64,000 nt of DNA from the human T2T-CHM13v2.0 reference genome, Homo sapiens. The position numbers were made by a program, and so were the translations under genes. Within the stretch, counting starts at the first letter, position 1, and each line of letters starts with the position of its first letter. Positions 26,901 to 38,355 of the stretch are shown here, piece by piece. The DNA lies in NCBI RefSeq assembly GCF_009914755.1, contig NC_060925.1. One strand, written 5' to 3'. The notes under the pieces were generated by a model, which ran no database searches, was not told where the DNA came from, and saw only the letters and a list, made by a program, of their open reading frames with translations.

Positions 26901-29900
26901 TCACCTCCCACTTATGAGTGAGAACATGTGGTGTTTGGTTTTCTGTTCCTGTGTTAGTTTGCTGAGAATAATGGTTTCCAGCTTCATCCATGTCCCTTCA
27001 AAGGACATGAACTCATTCTTTTTTATGGCTGCATAGTATTCCATGATGTATATGTGCCACATTTTCTTTATCCAGTCATCATTGATGGGCATTTTGGTTG
27101 GTTCCAAACCTTAGCTATTGTGAATACCACTACAATAAACATGCATGTGCATGTGGCTTTATTATAGAATGATTTATAATACTTTGGGTATATACCCAGT
27201 AATGGGATGGCTGGGTCAAATGGTATTTCTGGTTCCAGATCCTTGAGGAATCGCCACACAGTCTTCCACAATGGTTGAACTAATTTACACTCCCAATAGT
27301 GTAAAAGCATTCCTACTTCTCCACATCCTCTCCAGCATCTGTTGTTTCCTGACTTTTTAATGATCACCATTATGACTGGTGTGAGATGGTATTTCATTGT
27401 GGTTTTAATTTACATTTCTCTAATACCATCGATGATGAGCTTTTTTTCACATGTTTGTTGGCTGCATAAATGTCTTCTTTTGAGAAGTGTCCGTTCATAT
27501 CCTTCACCCACATTTTGATGGGGCTGTTTGTTTTTTTCTTGTAAATGTGTTTAGGTTCCTTGTAGATTCTGGATATTAGCCCTTTGTCAGATGGATAGAT
27601 TGCAAAAATTTTCTCCCATTCTATAGGTTGTCTGTTCGTTCTAATGATAGTTTCTTTTGCTGTGCAGAAGCTCTTTAGTTTAATTAGATCCCATTTATCA
27701 ATTTTGGCTTTTGTTGCAATTGTTTTTGATGTTTTAGTAATGAAGTCTTTGCCCATGCCTATGTCCTGAATGGTATTGCCTAGGTTTTCTTCTAGGGTTT
27801 TTATGGTTTTAGGTCTTACGTTTAAGTCTTTTAATCTATCTGGAGTTAATTTTTGTATAACATGTAAGGAAGGGGTCCAGTTTCGTTTTCTGCATATGGC
27901 TAGCCAGTTTTTGCAACACAGTTTTAAATAGGGAATCCTTTCCCCATTGCTTGTTTTCGTCAGGTTTGTCAAAGATCAGATGGTTGTAGATGTGTGGTGT
28001 TATTTCTGAGGCCTCTGTTCTGTCCCATTGGTCTACATATCTGTTTTGGTACCAGTACTGTTGCAATAGAAGAAAAACAAATAAAAGGCATAAAGATTAG
28101 GAAAGAGGAAATAATACTAAAACTTTCCTTATTAACAGATTATAGTGCTATTTACATAGATTTTTCTATGTAAAGAATAGTAAATTGACAAATTAACTAC
28201 TTGAGCCAACAAATAAATTTAGCAAAGTCACAGATACAAAGTGAATATATGAAAATAACTGCAGTAGCAACAAGCAATGGCACTATCATCAAAAAATTAG
28301 AAATAAGATTTTAAGAATTCCATTCACGGTTATATCAAAAAAACACAGGATACCTAGAAATAAATCTAACAAGAGATGTCCAAGTCTTCTACATTAAAAA
28401 CTACAAAATGTTGAGAGAATTTGAAGAATACTTTAAAATGGTAGTTCTCCCCAATGTGTGTATGTAGAGTCAATGGAAACACAATCAAATTCTGGAAGCC
28501 TTTTCGTAGACATTGATTATCTCATTCTACATCGTATATGAAAATGTAATAGAATGTCATCAAAGCAATTTTAGTGAAAACTGTTATAAATGTAGTAATC
28601 AAGACAGTTTGGTATTTCAAAATGACAGACCTATACATGTATGTATGAAACAGAATAAAGAGTACAGAAATGGACCCACATCAATTTAACAAAGATGACA
28701 AGGCAATTCAATGAGAAAATAAGTCTTTTTAATAAGTAATGCTCAAAATAAACATTAATCCTTACTGAAAACCATATACAAAAATTACCTCAAGATGGAT
28801 CATATACCCAAATGTAAAATCCAAAATCATAACATGTGTAGAAGAAAATATACAAGAGCGGTATTACCTAGGTTTTCTTCTAGGCTTTTTATGGTTTTAG
28901 GTCTTAAATTTAAATCTTTAATCATCTTGAGTTAATTTTTGTATAAGGTGTAGGGAAGGGGGTCCAGTTTCAGTTTTCTGCATATGGCTAGCCAGTTTTC
29001 CCAAAACCATTTATTAAATAATCATTTCTCCATTGCTTGATTTTGTCAGGTTTGTCAAAGATCAGATGGTTTTAGATGTGTGGTGTTATTTCTGAGGCTT
29101 CTGTTCTGTCCCATTGGTCTATATATCTGTTTTGGTACCTGTACCACGCTGTTTGGGTTACTGTAGTCTTGCAGTATAGTCTGAAGTCAGGTAGTGTGAT
29201 GCCTCCAGCATTGTTCTATTTTCTTAGTATCTTCTTGGCTATACAGGCTTCTTTTGGTTCCATATGAAATTTAAAGTAGTTTTCTAATTCTGTGAAGAAA
29301 GTCAATGGTAACTTGATGGGAATGGCATTGAATCTATAAATTACTTTGGGCAGTACGGCCATTTTCACAATATTGATTCTTCCTATCCATGAGCATGGAA
29401 TGTTTTTCCATTTGTTTGTGTCCTCTCTTAGTTCCTTGAGGAGTGGTTTGTAGTTCTACTTGAACAAGTTCTTCATATCCCTTGAAGTTTTATTCCTAGG
29501 TATTTTATTCTCTTTGTAGTAATTGTGATTGAGAGTTCACTCATGAGTTGGCTCTCTGTTTGTCTATTATTTGTGTATACAAATGATGCGATTTTTGCAC
29601 ATTGATTTTGTATCCTTAGACTTTGCTGAAGTTGCTTATCAGCTTAAGGAGTTTTTGGGCTGAGATGATGGAGTTTTCTAAATATACAATCATGTCATCT
29701 GCAAACAGAGATAATTTGACTTCCTCTCTTCCTATTTGAATAACCTTTATTTCTTTCACTTGTGTGATTGCTCTGGCCAGAAATTCCAATACTATGTCGA
29801 ATAGGAATGGTGAGAGAGGGCATCCTTGTACTGGTGTTCAAAGATAATGCTTCCAGAATTTGCCCATTCAGTATGATATTGGCTGTGGGTTTGTCATAAA

Positions 29901-31781
29901 TAGCTCTTATTATTTTGAGATACATTCCATCAATACCTAGTTTATTGGGTGTTTTTAGTATGAAGGGGTGTTGAATTTTATCAAAGGACTTTTCTGCATC
30001 TATTGATATAATTGTGGTTTTTGACATTGGTTCTGTTTATGTCATGAATTACGTTTACTGATTTAAGTATGTTGAACCAGCCTTGCATCCCAGGGATGAA
30101 GCCGACTTGATCGTGGTGGATAAGCTTTTTAATGTGCTGCTGGATTTGGTTTGCCAGAATTTTATTGAGGATTTTCGCATAGAGATTCATCAGGAATATT
30201 GGTCTGAAATTTTCTTTTGTGTTGGATCTCTACCAGGTTTTAGTATCAGAATGATGCTGGCCTCAAAAAATGAATTAGGGAGGAGTACCTCTTGTTCTGT
30301 TGCTTAGAATAGTTTTAGAAGGAATGGCACCCGCTCCTCTTTGTACCTCTGGTAGAATTCGGCTGTGAATCCGTCTGGTCCTAGGCTTTTCTTGGTTGGT
30401 AGGCTATTAATTACTGCCTCAATTTCAGAAATTATTGGTCTATTCAGGGTTTCAAATGATTCCTGGTTTAGTCTTAGGTGATGTATGTGTCCAGGAATTT
30501 ATCCATTTCTTCTAGATTTTCTGGTTTATTTTGCATAGAGATTTTTAGAGTATTCTCTGATGGTAGCTTGTATTTCAGTGGGATCAGTGGTGATATCCCC
30601 TTTATCACTTTTTGGCATTTATTTGATTCTTCTCTCTTTTCTTTTTTTTTTTTAGTCTGGCTTGTGGTCTATTTTATTAATCTTTTCAAAAAACCAGCTC
30701 CTGGATTCACTGATTTTTTGAAGGGTTTTTCGTGTCTCTATCCCCTTCAGTTCTGCTCTGATCTCAGTTATTTCTTGTCTTATGCTAGCTTTTGAATTTG
30801 TTTGCTCTTGATTCTCTAGTTCTTTTAATTGTGATGTTAGCGTGTCAATTTTAGATCTTTCCTGCTTTCTCATGAGGGCATTTAGTGCTATAAATTTCCC
30901 TCTTAACACTGCTTTAGCTGTGTCCCAGAGATTCTGGTACATTGTCTCTTTGTTCTTACTGGTTTCAAATAACTTACTTATTTCTGCCTTAATTTCGTTA
31001 TTTACCCAGTAGGCATTCAGGAGCAGGTTGTTCAGTTTCCATGTAGTTGTGCGGTTTTGAGTGAGTTTCTTAATCCTGAGTTCCAATTTGATTGCACTGT
31101 GGTCTGAGAGACTGTTTCTTATGATTTCTTTTGCATATACTGAGGAGTCTGTTACTCCTAGTTATGTGAACAGTTCTAGAATAAGTGCTATGTGGTCCTG
31201 AGAAGAATGTATATTCTGTTGACTTGGGGTGGAGAGTTCTGTAGACGTCTATTGGGTCCACCTGGTTCAGAGCTGAGTTCAAGTCTTGAATATCCTTGTT
31301 AATTTTCTGTCCCCATCTGTCTGATATTGACAGTGGGGTGTTAAAGTCTCTCACTATTATTGTGTGGTAGTCTAAGTCTCTCTGTAGGTCTCAAAAAACT
31401 TGCTTTAAGAATCTGGGTCCTCCTCTATTCTGTGCATATATATATTTAGGATAGTTAGCCCTTCTTGTTGCATTGATCCCTTTACCATTATGTAATGCCC
31501 TTCTTTGTCTCTTTTGATCTTTGTTGGCTTAAAGTCTGTTTTATCTGAGACTAGGATTGCAACCCCTGCTTTTCTGGCTTTCCATTTGCTTGGTAAATCT
31601 TCCCACATCCCTTTATTTTGAGCCTATGTGTGTCTTTGCACATGAGATGGGTCTCCTCAATACAGCATACCAATGGGTCTTGACCCTTTATCCAATTTGC
31701 CAGTCTGTGTCTGTTAATTGGGGCATTTAGCCCATTTACATTTAAGATTAATATAGTTATGTGTGAATTGGATCCTGTCAT
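26901..31781 (-). pseudogene. L1 ORF2p, disrupted and interrupted at 28059-28859
   Basis: MTGSNSHITILILNVNGLNAPI...; [16 protein letters not shown]; ...HMFSLISGR*. Confidence 0.92.
28059..28859 (+). mobile_element. Highly decayed L1M (L1MD/ME-age) ORF2 fragment embedded opposite to the L1PA7
   Basis: AAATAAAAGGCATAAAGATTAGGAAAGAGGAAATAA...TACCTAGAAATAAATCTAACAAGAGATGT...TACAAAAATTACCTCAAGATGGATC, with many internal deletions. Confidence 0.85.
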
Positions 31782-31843
31782 ATGATGCTAGCTGGTTACT
31801 TTGCCCATTACTTGATGCAGTTTCTTCATAGTGTCAATGATCT

Positions 31844-32869
31844 TTACATTTTGGTATGGTTTTGCACTGGCTGGTACTGGTTTATGCTTTCCATATTTAG
31901 TGCTTCCTTCAGGAGCTCTTGCACGGGCAAGGCTGATGGTGACAAAATCCTTCAGCATTTGCTTGTCTGTGAAGGATTTTATTTCTCCTTTGCCTATGAA
32001 GCTTAGATTGGCTAAATGTGAAATTCTGGGTTGAAAATTCTTTTCTTTGAGAATGTTGAATATTGGACCCCACTCTTTTCTGACTTACAGGGTTTCTGCA
32101 GAGGATCCCCTGTTAGTCTGATGGGCTTCCCTTTGCGGGTAATCTGACCTTTCCCTCTGGCTGCCCTTAACATTTTTTCCTTCATTTCAACCTTGGTGGA
32201 TCTGACAATTATGTGTCTTGGGGTTGCTATTCTCAAGGAATATCTCTGTGGTGTTGTCTGTATTCCCAGAATTTGAATGTTGGCCTGTTTTGCTAGGTTG
32301 GGGAATTTCTCCTGGATAATATCCTGAACAGTGTTTCCCAACTTGGTTCCATTCTGCCCCTCACTTTCAGGTATGCCAATCAAATGTAGGTCTGGTCTTT
32401 TCACATAGTTCCATATTTCTTGGAGGCCTTGTTCATTCCTTTTCATTCTTTTTTCTCTAATCTTGTCTTCACGCTTTATTTCATTAAGTTGATCTTCAGT
32501 CTCTGATATCCTTTCTTCCACTTCATCGATTCAGCTATTGATACTCATGTATGCTTCATGAAGCTATCGTCCTGTGTTTTTCAGCTCCATCAGGTCATTT
32601 ATGTTCTTCTCTAAACTGGTTATTCTAGTTAGCAGTTCCTGTAACATTTTATCAAGATTCTTAGCTTCCTTGCATTGGGTTAGAACATGCTCCTTTAGCT
32701 CAGAGGATTTTGTTATTACCCACATTCTGAAGCCTACTTCTGTCAATTCATCAAACTTACCCTCTGTACGGTTTTGTTCTCTTGCTGGCGAGGAGTTGTG
32801 ATCCTTTGGAGGAGAAGAGGCATTCTGTTTTTTGGAATTTTCAGCCTTTTTACACGGGTTTTTCCTCAT
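31844..32869 (-). pseudogene. L1 ORF1p, disrupted
   Basis: MRKNPCKKAENSK...; EIWNYVKRPDLHLIGIPE. Confidence 0.9.
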
Positions 32870-32943
32870 CTTCATGATTTATCTACCTTTGGTCTTTGAT
32901 GTTGGTGACCTTCGGATGGGGTTTTTGCATGGGTGTTCTTTTT

Positions 32944-33047
32944 TTTTTTTATTTTTTTATTTTTAATGTTTTTTTTTTATTATTATACTCTAAGTTTTAG
33001 GGTACATGTGCACATTGTGCAGGTTAGTTACATATGTATACATGTGC
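32944..33047 (-). mobile_element. L1Hs micro-insertion (about 70 nt of 3'UTR plus tail)
   Basis: Reverse complement reads GCACATGTATACATATGTAACTAACCTGCACAATGTGCACATGTACCCTAAAACTTAGAGTATAATAA; perfect TSD TGCATGGGTGTTCTTTTT at 32926-32943 and 33045-33062. Confidence 0.9.
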
Positions 33048-33959
33048 ATGGGTGTTCTTTTTGTTAATGTTGATGCCATTGCTTTCTGTTTGTTAGTTTT
33101 CCTTCTAATAGTAGGGCCTTTCTTCTGCAAGTCTGCTGGATTTTGCTGTAAGTCCACTCCAGGCCCTGTTTGCCTGGATGTCACCAGTGCAGCCTGTGCA
33201 ACAGCAAAGATTGCTGCCTGCTCCTTCCTCTGGAAACTTTGTCCCAGAGGGGCACCCAACAGATGCCAGCTGGAGCTCTCCTGTATGAAGTGTCTGTCAA
33301 CCCCTGCTGGGAGGTGTCTCTCATTCAGAAGGTACAGGGGTCAGGAACCCACTTGAGGAAGCAGCCTGTCCCTTAGCAGAGCTCAAGCACTGTGCTGGGA
33401 AATCCACTGCTCTCTTCAGAGCCATTAGCAGGAACATTTAAGTCTGCTGAAGCTTGCCCATGGATTTATTTTAAGAAATCGGTTAAAACAATCATGGAGG
33501 ACAGCAAATCCAAAATCTGCAGGTTGGGCTGTCAGACTGAAGATCCAGGGAAGAGTTAATGTTGCCCCTTGAATCTGAAGGATGACCACAGGCAGAATTT
33601 CCTCTTCTTTGGGGAAGTCAATCTTTTTGCTTTTATGATGTTTAACTATTTGAATAAGCCCCACACCATACTGTAGATGGTAATCTGCTTTACTCCAAGC
33701 CTAATAATTTTAATGTGAATTTTACCTAAAAATACCATCACAGTAGCATCTAGACTAAGGTTTAAACAAATGCCTGGGTACCAGGGCCTAGCCAAGTTGA
33801 GACATAAAATTAACCATCACATCAACCCTTAAGATCAGTGTTATCTCCTCTAATGGTCATATTATTGCCATCAGCCAAGATAACAGAAGAGTAGTCTGTT
33901 TTTCATTTTTTAAATTATTCCTCATACCATGCACTCCTAATTAAGAATATGATCTGGTA

Positions 33960-34110
33960 AGAATTAGAAGGAACCTTAAGGTTTATTCCACTTTAAAGAA
34001 AAAAAAATCAATAATGCCCAAATGAGAAGTGACTTGCTCCAAGCTATACTGTGTTAAGCCAGAGTTGGAGTCAGTTCTAGTTCTTTGACTTTAATCCTTC
34101 AGCTGCCACA
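33960..34110 (-). mobile_element. MIR
   Basis: GAGAAGTGACTTGCTCCAAG...GCCAGAGTTGGAG antisense MIR core. Confidence 0.6.
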
Positions 34111-34439
34111 CACAAACATGAGCCTCTGTTTATGCTCCAACCTTATTTGAATGTTGGCATTAATCTTACAAAATACTAAACTAACTCTAATGGATTCATA
34201 TTAAAACTTCCTGATCTCTTAGTTTTTCTTAAATAATCATTATTTCCCCAAACATAGCTATTCTTGAGCACACACACACAAAAAATCTCCATCTCTCAAT
34301 GTAGGAAAATCCTCCTGGAATCCATCATATTGTGAAATTTAACAAGGAATCTTAGAGGCAGCAGCATGAATTAACCCAATGATAATTTTATCTAACTAGT
34401 CAAAAATAAAAGAAAACCTGTATCACTCTCCAGCCCTGC

Positions 34440-34700
34440 CACGCTGCTTTTAGGCAACACTTCATCACTTATCACCTAATTGTTGCCACCAATCTATCAC
34501 CCATATTTGTGCCAGAGTGATCTTTCTAAAATGCAAACTTAACTATGTCACTCACCTCTTCAAATCCTTATTCAATGGCTCAGTTAGAATATGACCCAAT
34601 GTCCCTGTTATCTGGCTCCTTTATTTCTAGCTTTGTCTCCCACAATACATTCAATATTTCCCCATGTTCCAGACTCACGCCAAAATTTACTTACGTCCAA
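34440..34700 (+). mobile_element. L2 fragment
   Basis: GCCAGAGTGATCTTTCTAAAATGCAAA...ATGTCACTC...TTCAATGGCTC. Confidence 0.65.
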
Positions 34701-35216
34701 ACATTTTATACTAGTGTTTCTCAATCTTTTATACTCAGTACTCTTCAAATTTATTTGAAATTATAAATTAAAAAAATTTTTTTGAAATATCAATATAATT
34801 GCCTGTTATATGGCTTTTAAATAAGATATTTTGACTTCTGATGTACACAGGTCAGCACCCTCATAATTTACATATCCCCTCCAAATATATAGTAATTATA
34901 GATATAACCACGCAGATATACCAGGTTTTAGAGGACAGATGAGCATCTCTGTGAACCAAAAGTTAAAAGAGAAAAAAAAGTCAAGAATAAGTAGAAAAAA
35001 AAAGCCCTGAGCCTAGTGGGCTCCAGATTGAAAATCAGGCCACAGTAACCAGGAGTTTTGCTCTTAAAGGAAAAAAGTACTAAAATTGCTCCACAATAGA
35101 TTTGAGACTAAAGTCAGGCCTCTGGTTGAAGACAGATTCTAAGATGCCTTTTAATAACATGAAAGAATGCTAAATAAAATGACTGATACTTACTACTATA
35201 GGTAGCAGTAGAAGAC

Positions 35217-37905
35217 TTATACAGTTTGGCTATATCCCCACCCAAATCCCATCTTGAATTGTAGTTCCCATAATCCCCACATGTTGTGGGATGGACCAGG
35301 TGGGCGGTAATTGAATCATGGAGGGAGTTTACCCCCATGCTGCTGTTCTCACGATAGTGAGTAAGTTCTCACAAAATCTGATGGTTTTATAAGGGGCTTT
35401 TCTCTCTTTGCTTGGCACTTCTCCTTCTTGCCATCATGTGAAGAAGGATATGTTTGCTTCCCCTTCCACCATGATTGTAAGTTTCCTGAGGCCTCCCCAG
35501 CCATGCAGAATTGTAAATCAATTAAACCTCTTTCCTTTATAAATTACCCAGTCTTGGGCAGTTCTTTATAGCAGCTGAGAACAAACAAATACGGTAAAGT
35601 GGGACATGAGATTTGGTAGGGGCCAGGGACAGAATGATATGGATTGGCTGTGTTCCCACCCAAAGCCTAATCTTGAATTGTAATCTGAATGATAATCCCC
35701 AAGTGTTGGTGAAGGAACCTCATGGGAGGTGATTAGATCATGGGGGCAGTTCCCTCATGCTGTTCTCATGATAGTGAGTGAGCTCTCATGAGATCTGATG
35801 GTTTTATAAAAGGCTTTTCTCCCCTTCACTCTCACTTCTCTCTCCTGCTATCATGTGAAGAAGAATGTGTTTGCTTCCCCTTCTGCCATGATTGTATATT
35901 TTTTGAGGCTTCCCAGCCATGCAAAACTGAGAGTCAATTAAACCTGTTTCCTTTATAAATTACCCAGCCTCATGTATGTCAGTATAGCAGTGTAAAAATG
36001 AACTAATACAGTAAATTGGTACTGCAGAGAGTGGGGTACTGCTATAATTGAAATGTGCATGTGACTTTAGAATTGGGTTACAGGCAGACATTGGAACAGT
36101 TTGGAGGGCTCAAAAGAAGACAGAAAAGCGTGGGAAAGTTTGGATCTTCCTAGAGACTTGTAGGGCTCAGAAGACAGTAAGAAGTGGGAAAGTTTGGAAC
36201 TTCCTAGAGACTTGTTGAATGGTTTCAACCAAAAGGCTGATAGTGATATGGACAATGAAGTCCAGGTTGAGGTGGTCTCAGATGCAGATGAGGACCTTCT
36301 TGAGAAATGGAGCAAAGGTGACTCTTACTATGCTTTAGCAAAGACACTGGGAGCATTTTGCCCTTGTCCTAGAGATCTGTGGAACTTTGAACTCAACTGA
36401 GTTGATTTAGGGTGTCTGGCAGAAGAAATTTCTAAGCAGCAAAGTATTCAAGAGGAAGAAGAGCATGAAAGTTTGGAAAATTTGCAGACTGACAATGCAA
36501 TAGAAAAGAAAAATCCATTTTCTGGGGAAAAATTCAAGCAGTCTGCAGAAATCTGTATAAGTAAAGAGGAGCTGAATGTTAATTGATAAGACTATGGGGA
36601 AAACGTCTCCAGGGCATGTCAGAGACCTTCACAGCATCCCCTCCCTGTAGGCCTGGGAGGAAAAAATGGTTTCATTGGCCAGGCCCAGGGCAATCCCCAG
36701 CTCTGTACAGCCTCAGGACATGGTGCCCTGCATCCCAGCTGCTTCAGTTCCAGCTGTGGCTAAAAGGGGCCAAGGTACAGCTCTGGCTATGGCTTCAAAA
36801 GGTGCAAGCCCCAAGCCTTGGCAACTTCCACATGATGTTAGTCCTGCGGGTGCACAGAAGTCAAGAACTGAGCATTGGAACCTCTTCCTAGGTTTCAGAG
36901 GATGTATGGAAACACCTGGATGTCCAGGCAGAACTTTTGCTGTGGGTAGGGAGAGCTCTCATGGAGAACCTCTTGCTAGGGCAATGCAGAAGGTAAATGT
37001 GGGTTTGGAGCACCCACACAGGGTCCTCACTGGGGGTGCTACCTAGTGTAGATATAAGAAGATGGCCACCATCCTCTAGACCCCAGAATGGTAGATCCAC
37101 CAAGAGCTTATACCGTATGCTTGGAAAACCTGCAGGCACTCAATGCCAGCCTATGAAGGAACTGCCCAGGGTCATGGGAGGCCACCTCTTGCAACAGCAT
37201 GCCTCACATGTGACATACAGAGTCAAAGGATATCATTTGGGAGCTTTAAGATTTAATGACTGCCCTGCTGGATTTCAGACTTGCATGGGGCCTGTAACCC
37301 CCTTGTTTTGGCTAATTTCTCCCATTTGGAATGAGAACATTTACCCAATGCCCATAACCCAATCATATCTTAGCTGTAACTAGCTTTTTTTTTTTTTAAC
37401 AGGCTCATAGATGGAAGGGGCTTCTCTCAGATAAAACTTTGGCCTTGGACTTTTGAGTTAATGCTGGAATGACTTAGGACTTTAGGGGACTGTTGGGAAG
37501 GCAAAATTTTGTTTTGAAATGTGAGGGCATGAGATTTTGGAGGGGCCAGAGGCACAATGATATGGTTGGTTCTGTGTCCCCACCCAAATCTCATCTGGAA
37601 TTGTAATCTGAACTGTAATCCCCAGGTGTCAAGGGAGGGTCCTGGTGAGAGGTGATTGGATCATGGGGGCAGTTTTCCCCAAGCTGATCTTGTAATAGTG
37701 ATTGAATTCTCAGGAGATCTAATGGTTTTATAAATAGCAGTTTCCCCTTTTCTCTCTCTTGCCTGCCTCCATGTAAGACATGCCTGCTTCCCCTTCTGCT
37801 ATGACTGATCCCAAGCCAGGCAGATCTGTGAGTCTACCTCTTTTCTTTATAAATTACCCAGTCTCAGGCAATTCTTCACAGTAGTGTGAAAACAGACTAA
37901 ATACA
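35217..37905 (+). mobile_element. THE1 (C/D-type) MaLR array: LTR 35217-35593, 41 bp mini-internal, LTR 35635-36010, internal 36011-37557, LTR 37558-37905
   Basis: Three THE1 LTRs (CCCACCCAAA..ATCTTGAATTGTA...TAAATTACCCAG...AATACA); internal region begins GTAAATTGGTAC and ends in the purine tract GGAGGGGCCAG. Confidence 0.9.
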
Positions 37906-38355
37906 CTCTGATATGTGATAAAAAATGGCTCTTTACCTCTCTGTAGTTTTCTTCACTAAAACCAGTAGCCCCTGTATAATCACAGGAAAACATCTGAAAA
38001 GTCCAAAGTAAGAGACATTCTAAAATATACCTAGACAGCACTCCTCAAAATTATTAAGGTCATCAAAAATAAAAGTCTGAGAAATTCTCAGTCTAGAACT
38101 GCCTAAGGGGAAACAATGACAAAACAGAACCTGGTATCCTGCATAAGACCCTGAGACAGAAAATGTCCATTACAAAAAACTAAGCATATCTGGGTAATGT
38201 ATGGACTTCAGCTAGTTGATAATTAAGTATCAATATTGGTTCATTATTTACAGCAAATGTACAATAGTATGTAAAACATTAACTATAGGAGAAATTGGGA
38301 GTAGGTATACATAAAATTTATGTAGTATCTTTGCAGTTTCTCCGTGAATATAAAA
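37906..38355 (+). mobile_element. L1MC-type 3'UTR
   Basis: GACATTCTAAAATATACC...CTCCTCAAAATTATTAAGGTCATCAAAAA. Confidence 0.7.

Larger units (their letters stand above)
26672..33462 (-). mobile_element. L1PA7-like LINE-1, truncated within the 5'UTR, with two internal insertions
   Basis: 3'UTR, ORF2, ORF1 and partial 5'UTR on the minus strand; TSD GATTTATTT at 26663-26671 and 33463-33471; TT/AAAA-type target. Confidence 0.93.
26562..33821 (-). mobile_element. MLT2 (ERVL) LTR split by L1 (pieces 26562-26671 and 33463-33821)
   Basis: CAGGGTTATCCAAAGAAACAGAACCAATA at left; GCCAAGTTGAGACATAAAATTAACCATCACA at right. Confidence 0.85.

Noticed and set aside
36104-36216. ~55 bp tandem duplication in the THE1 internal region
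   Set aside because: As I recall it is a feature of some THE1-int consensus sequences, not locus-specific
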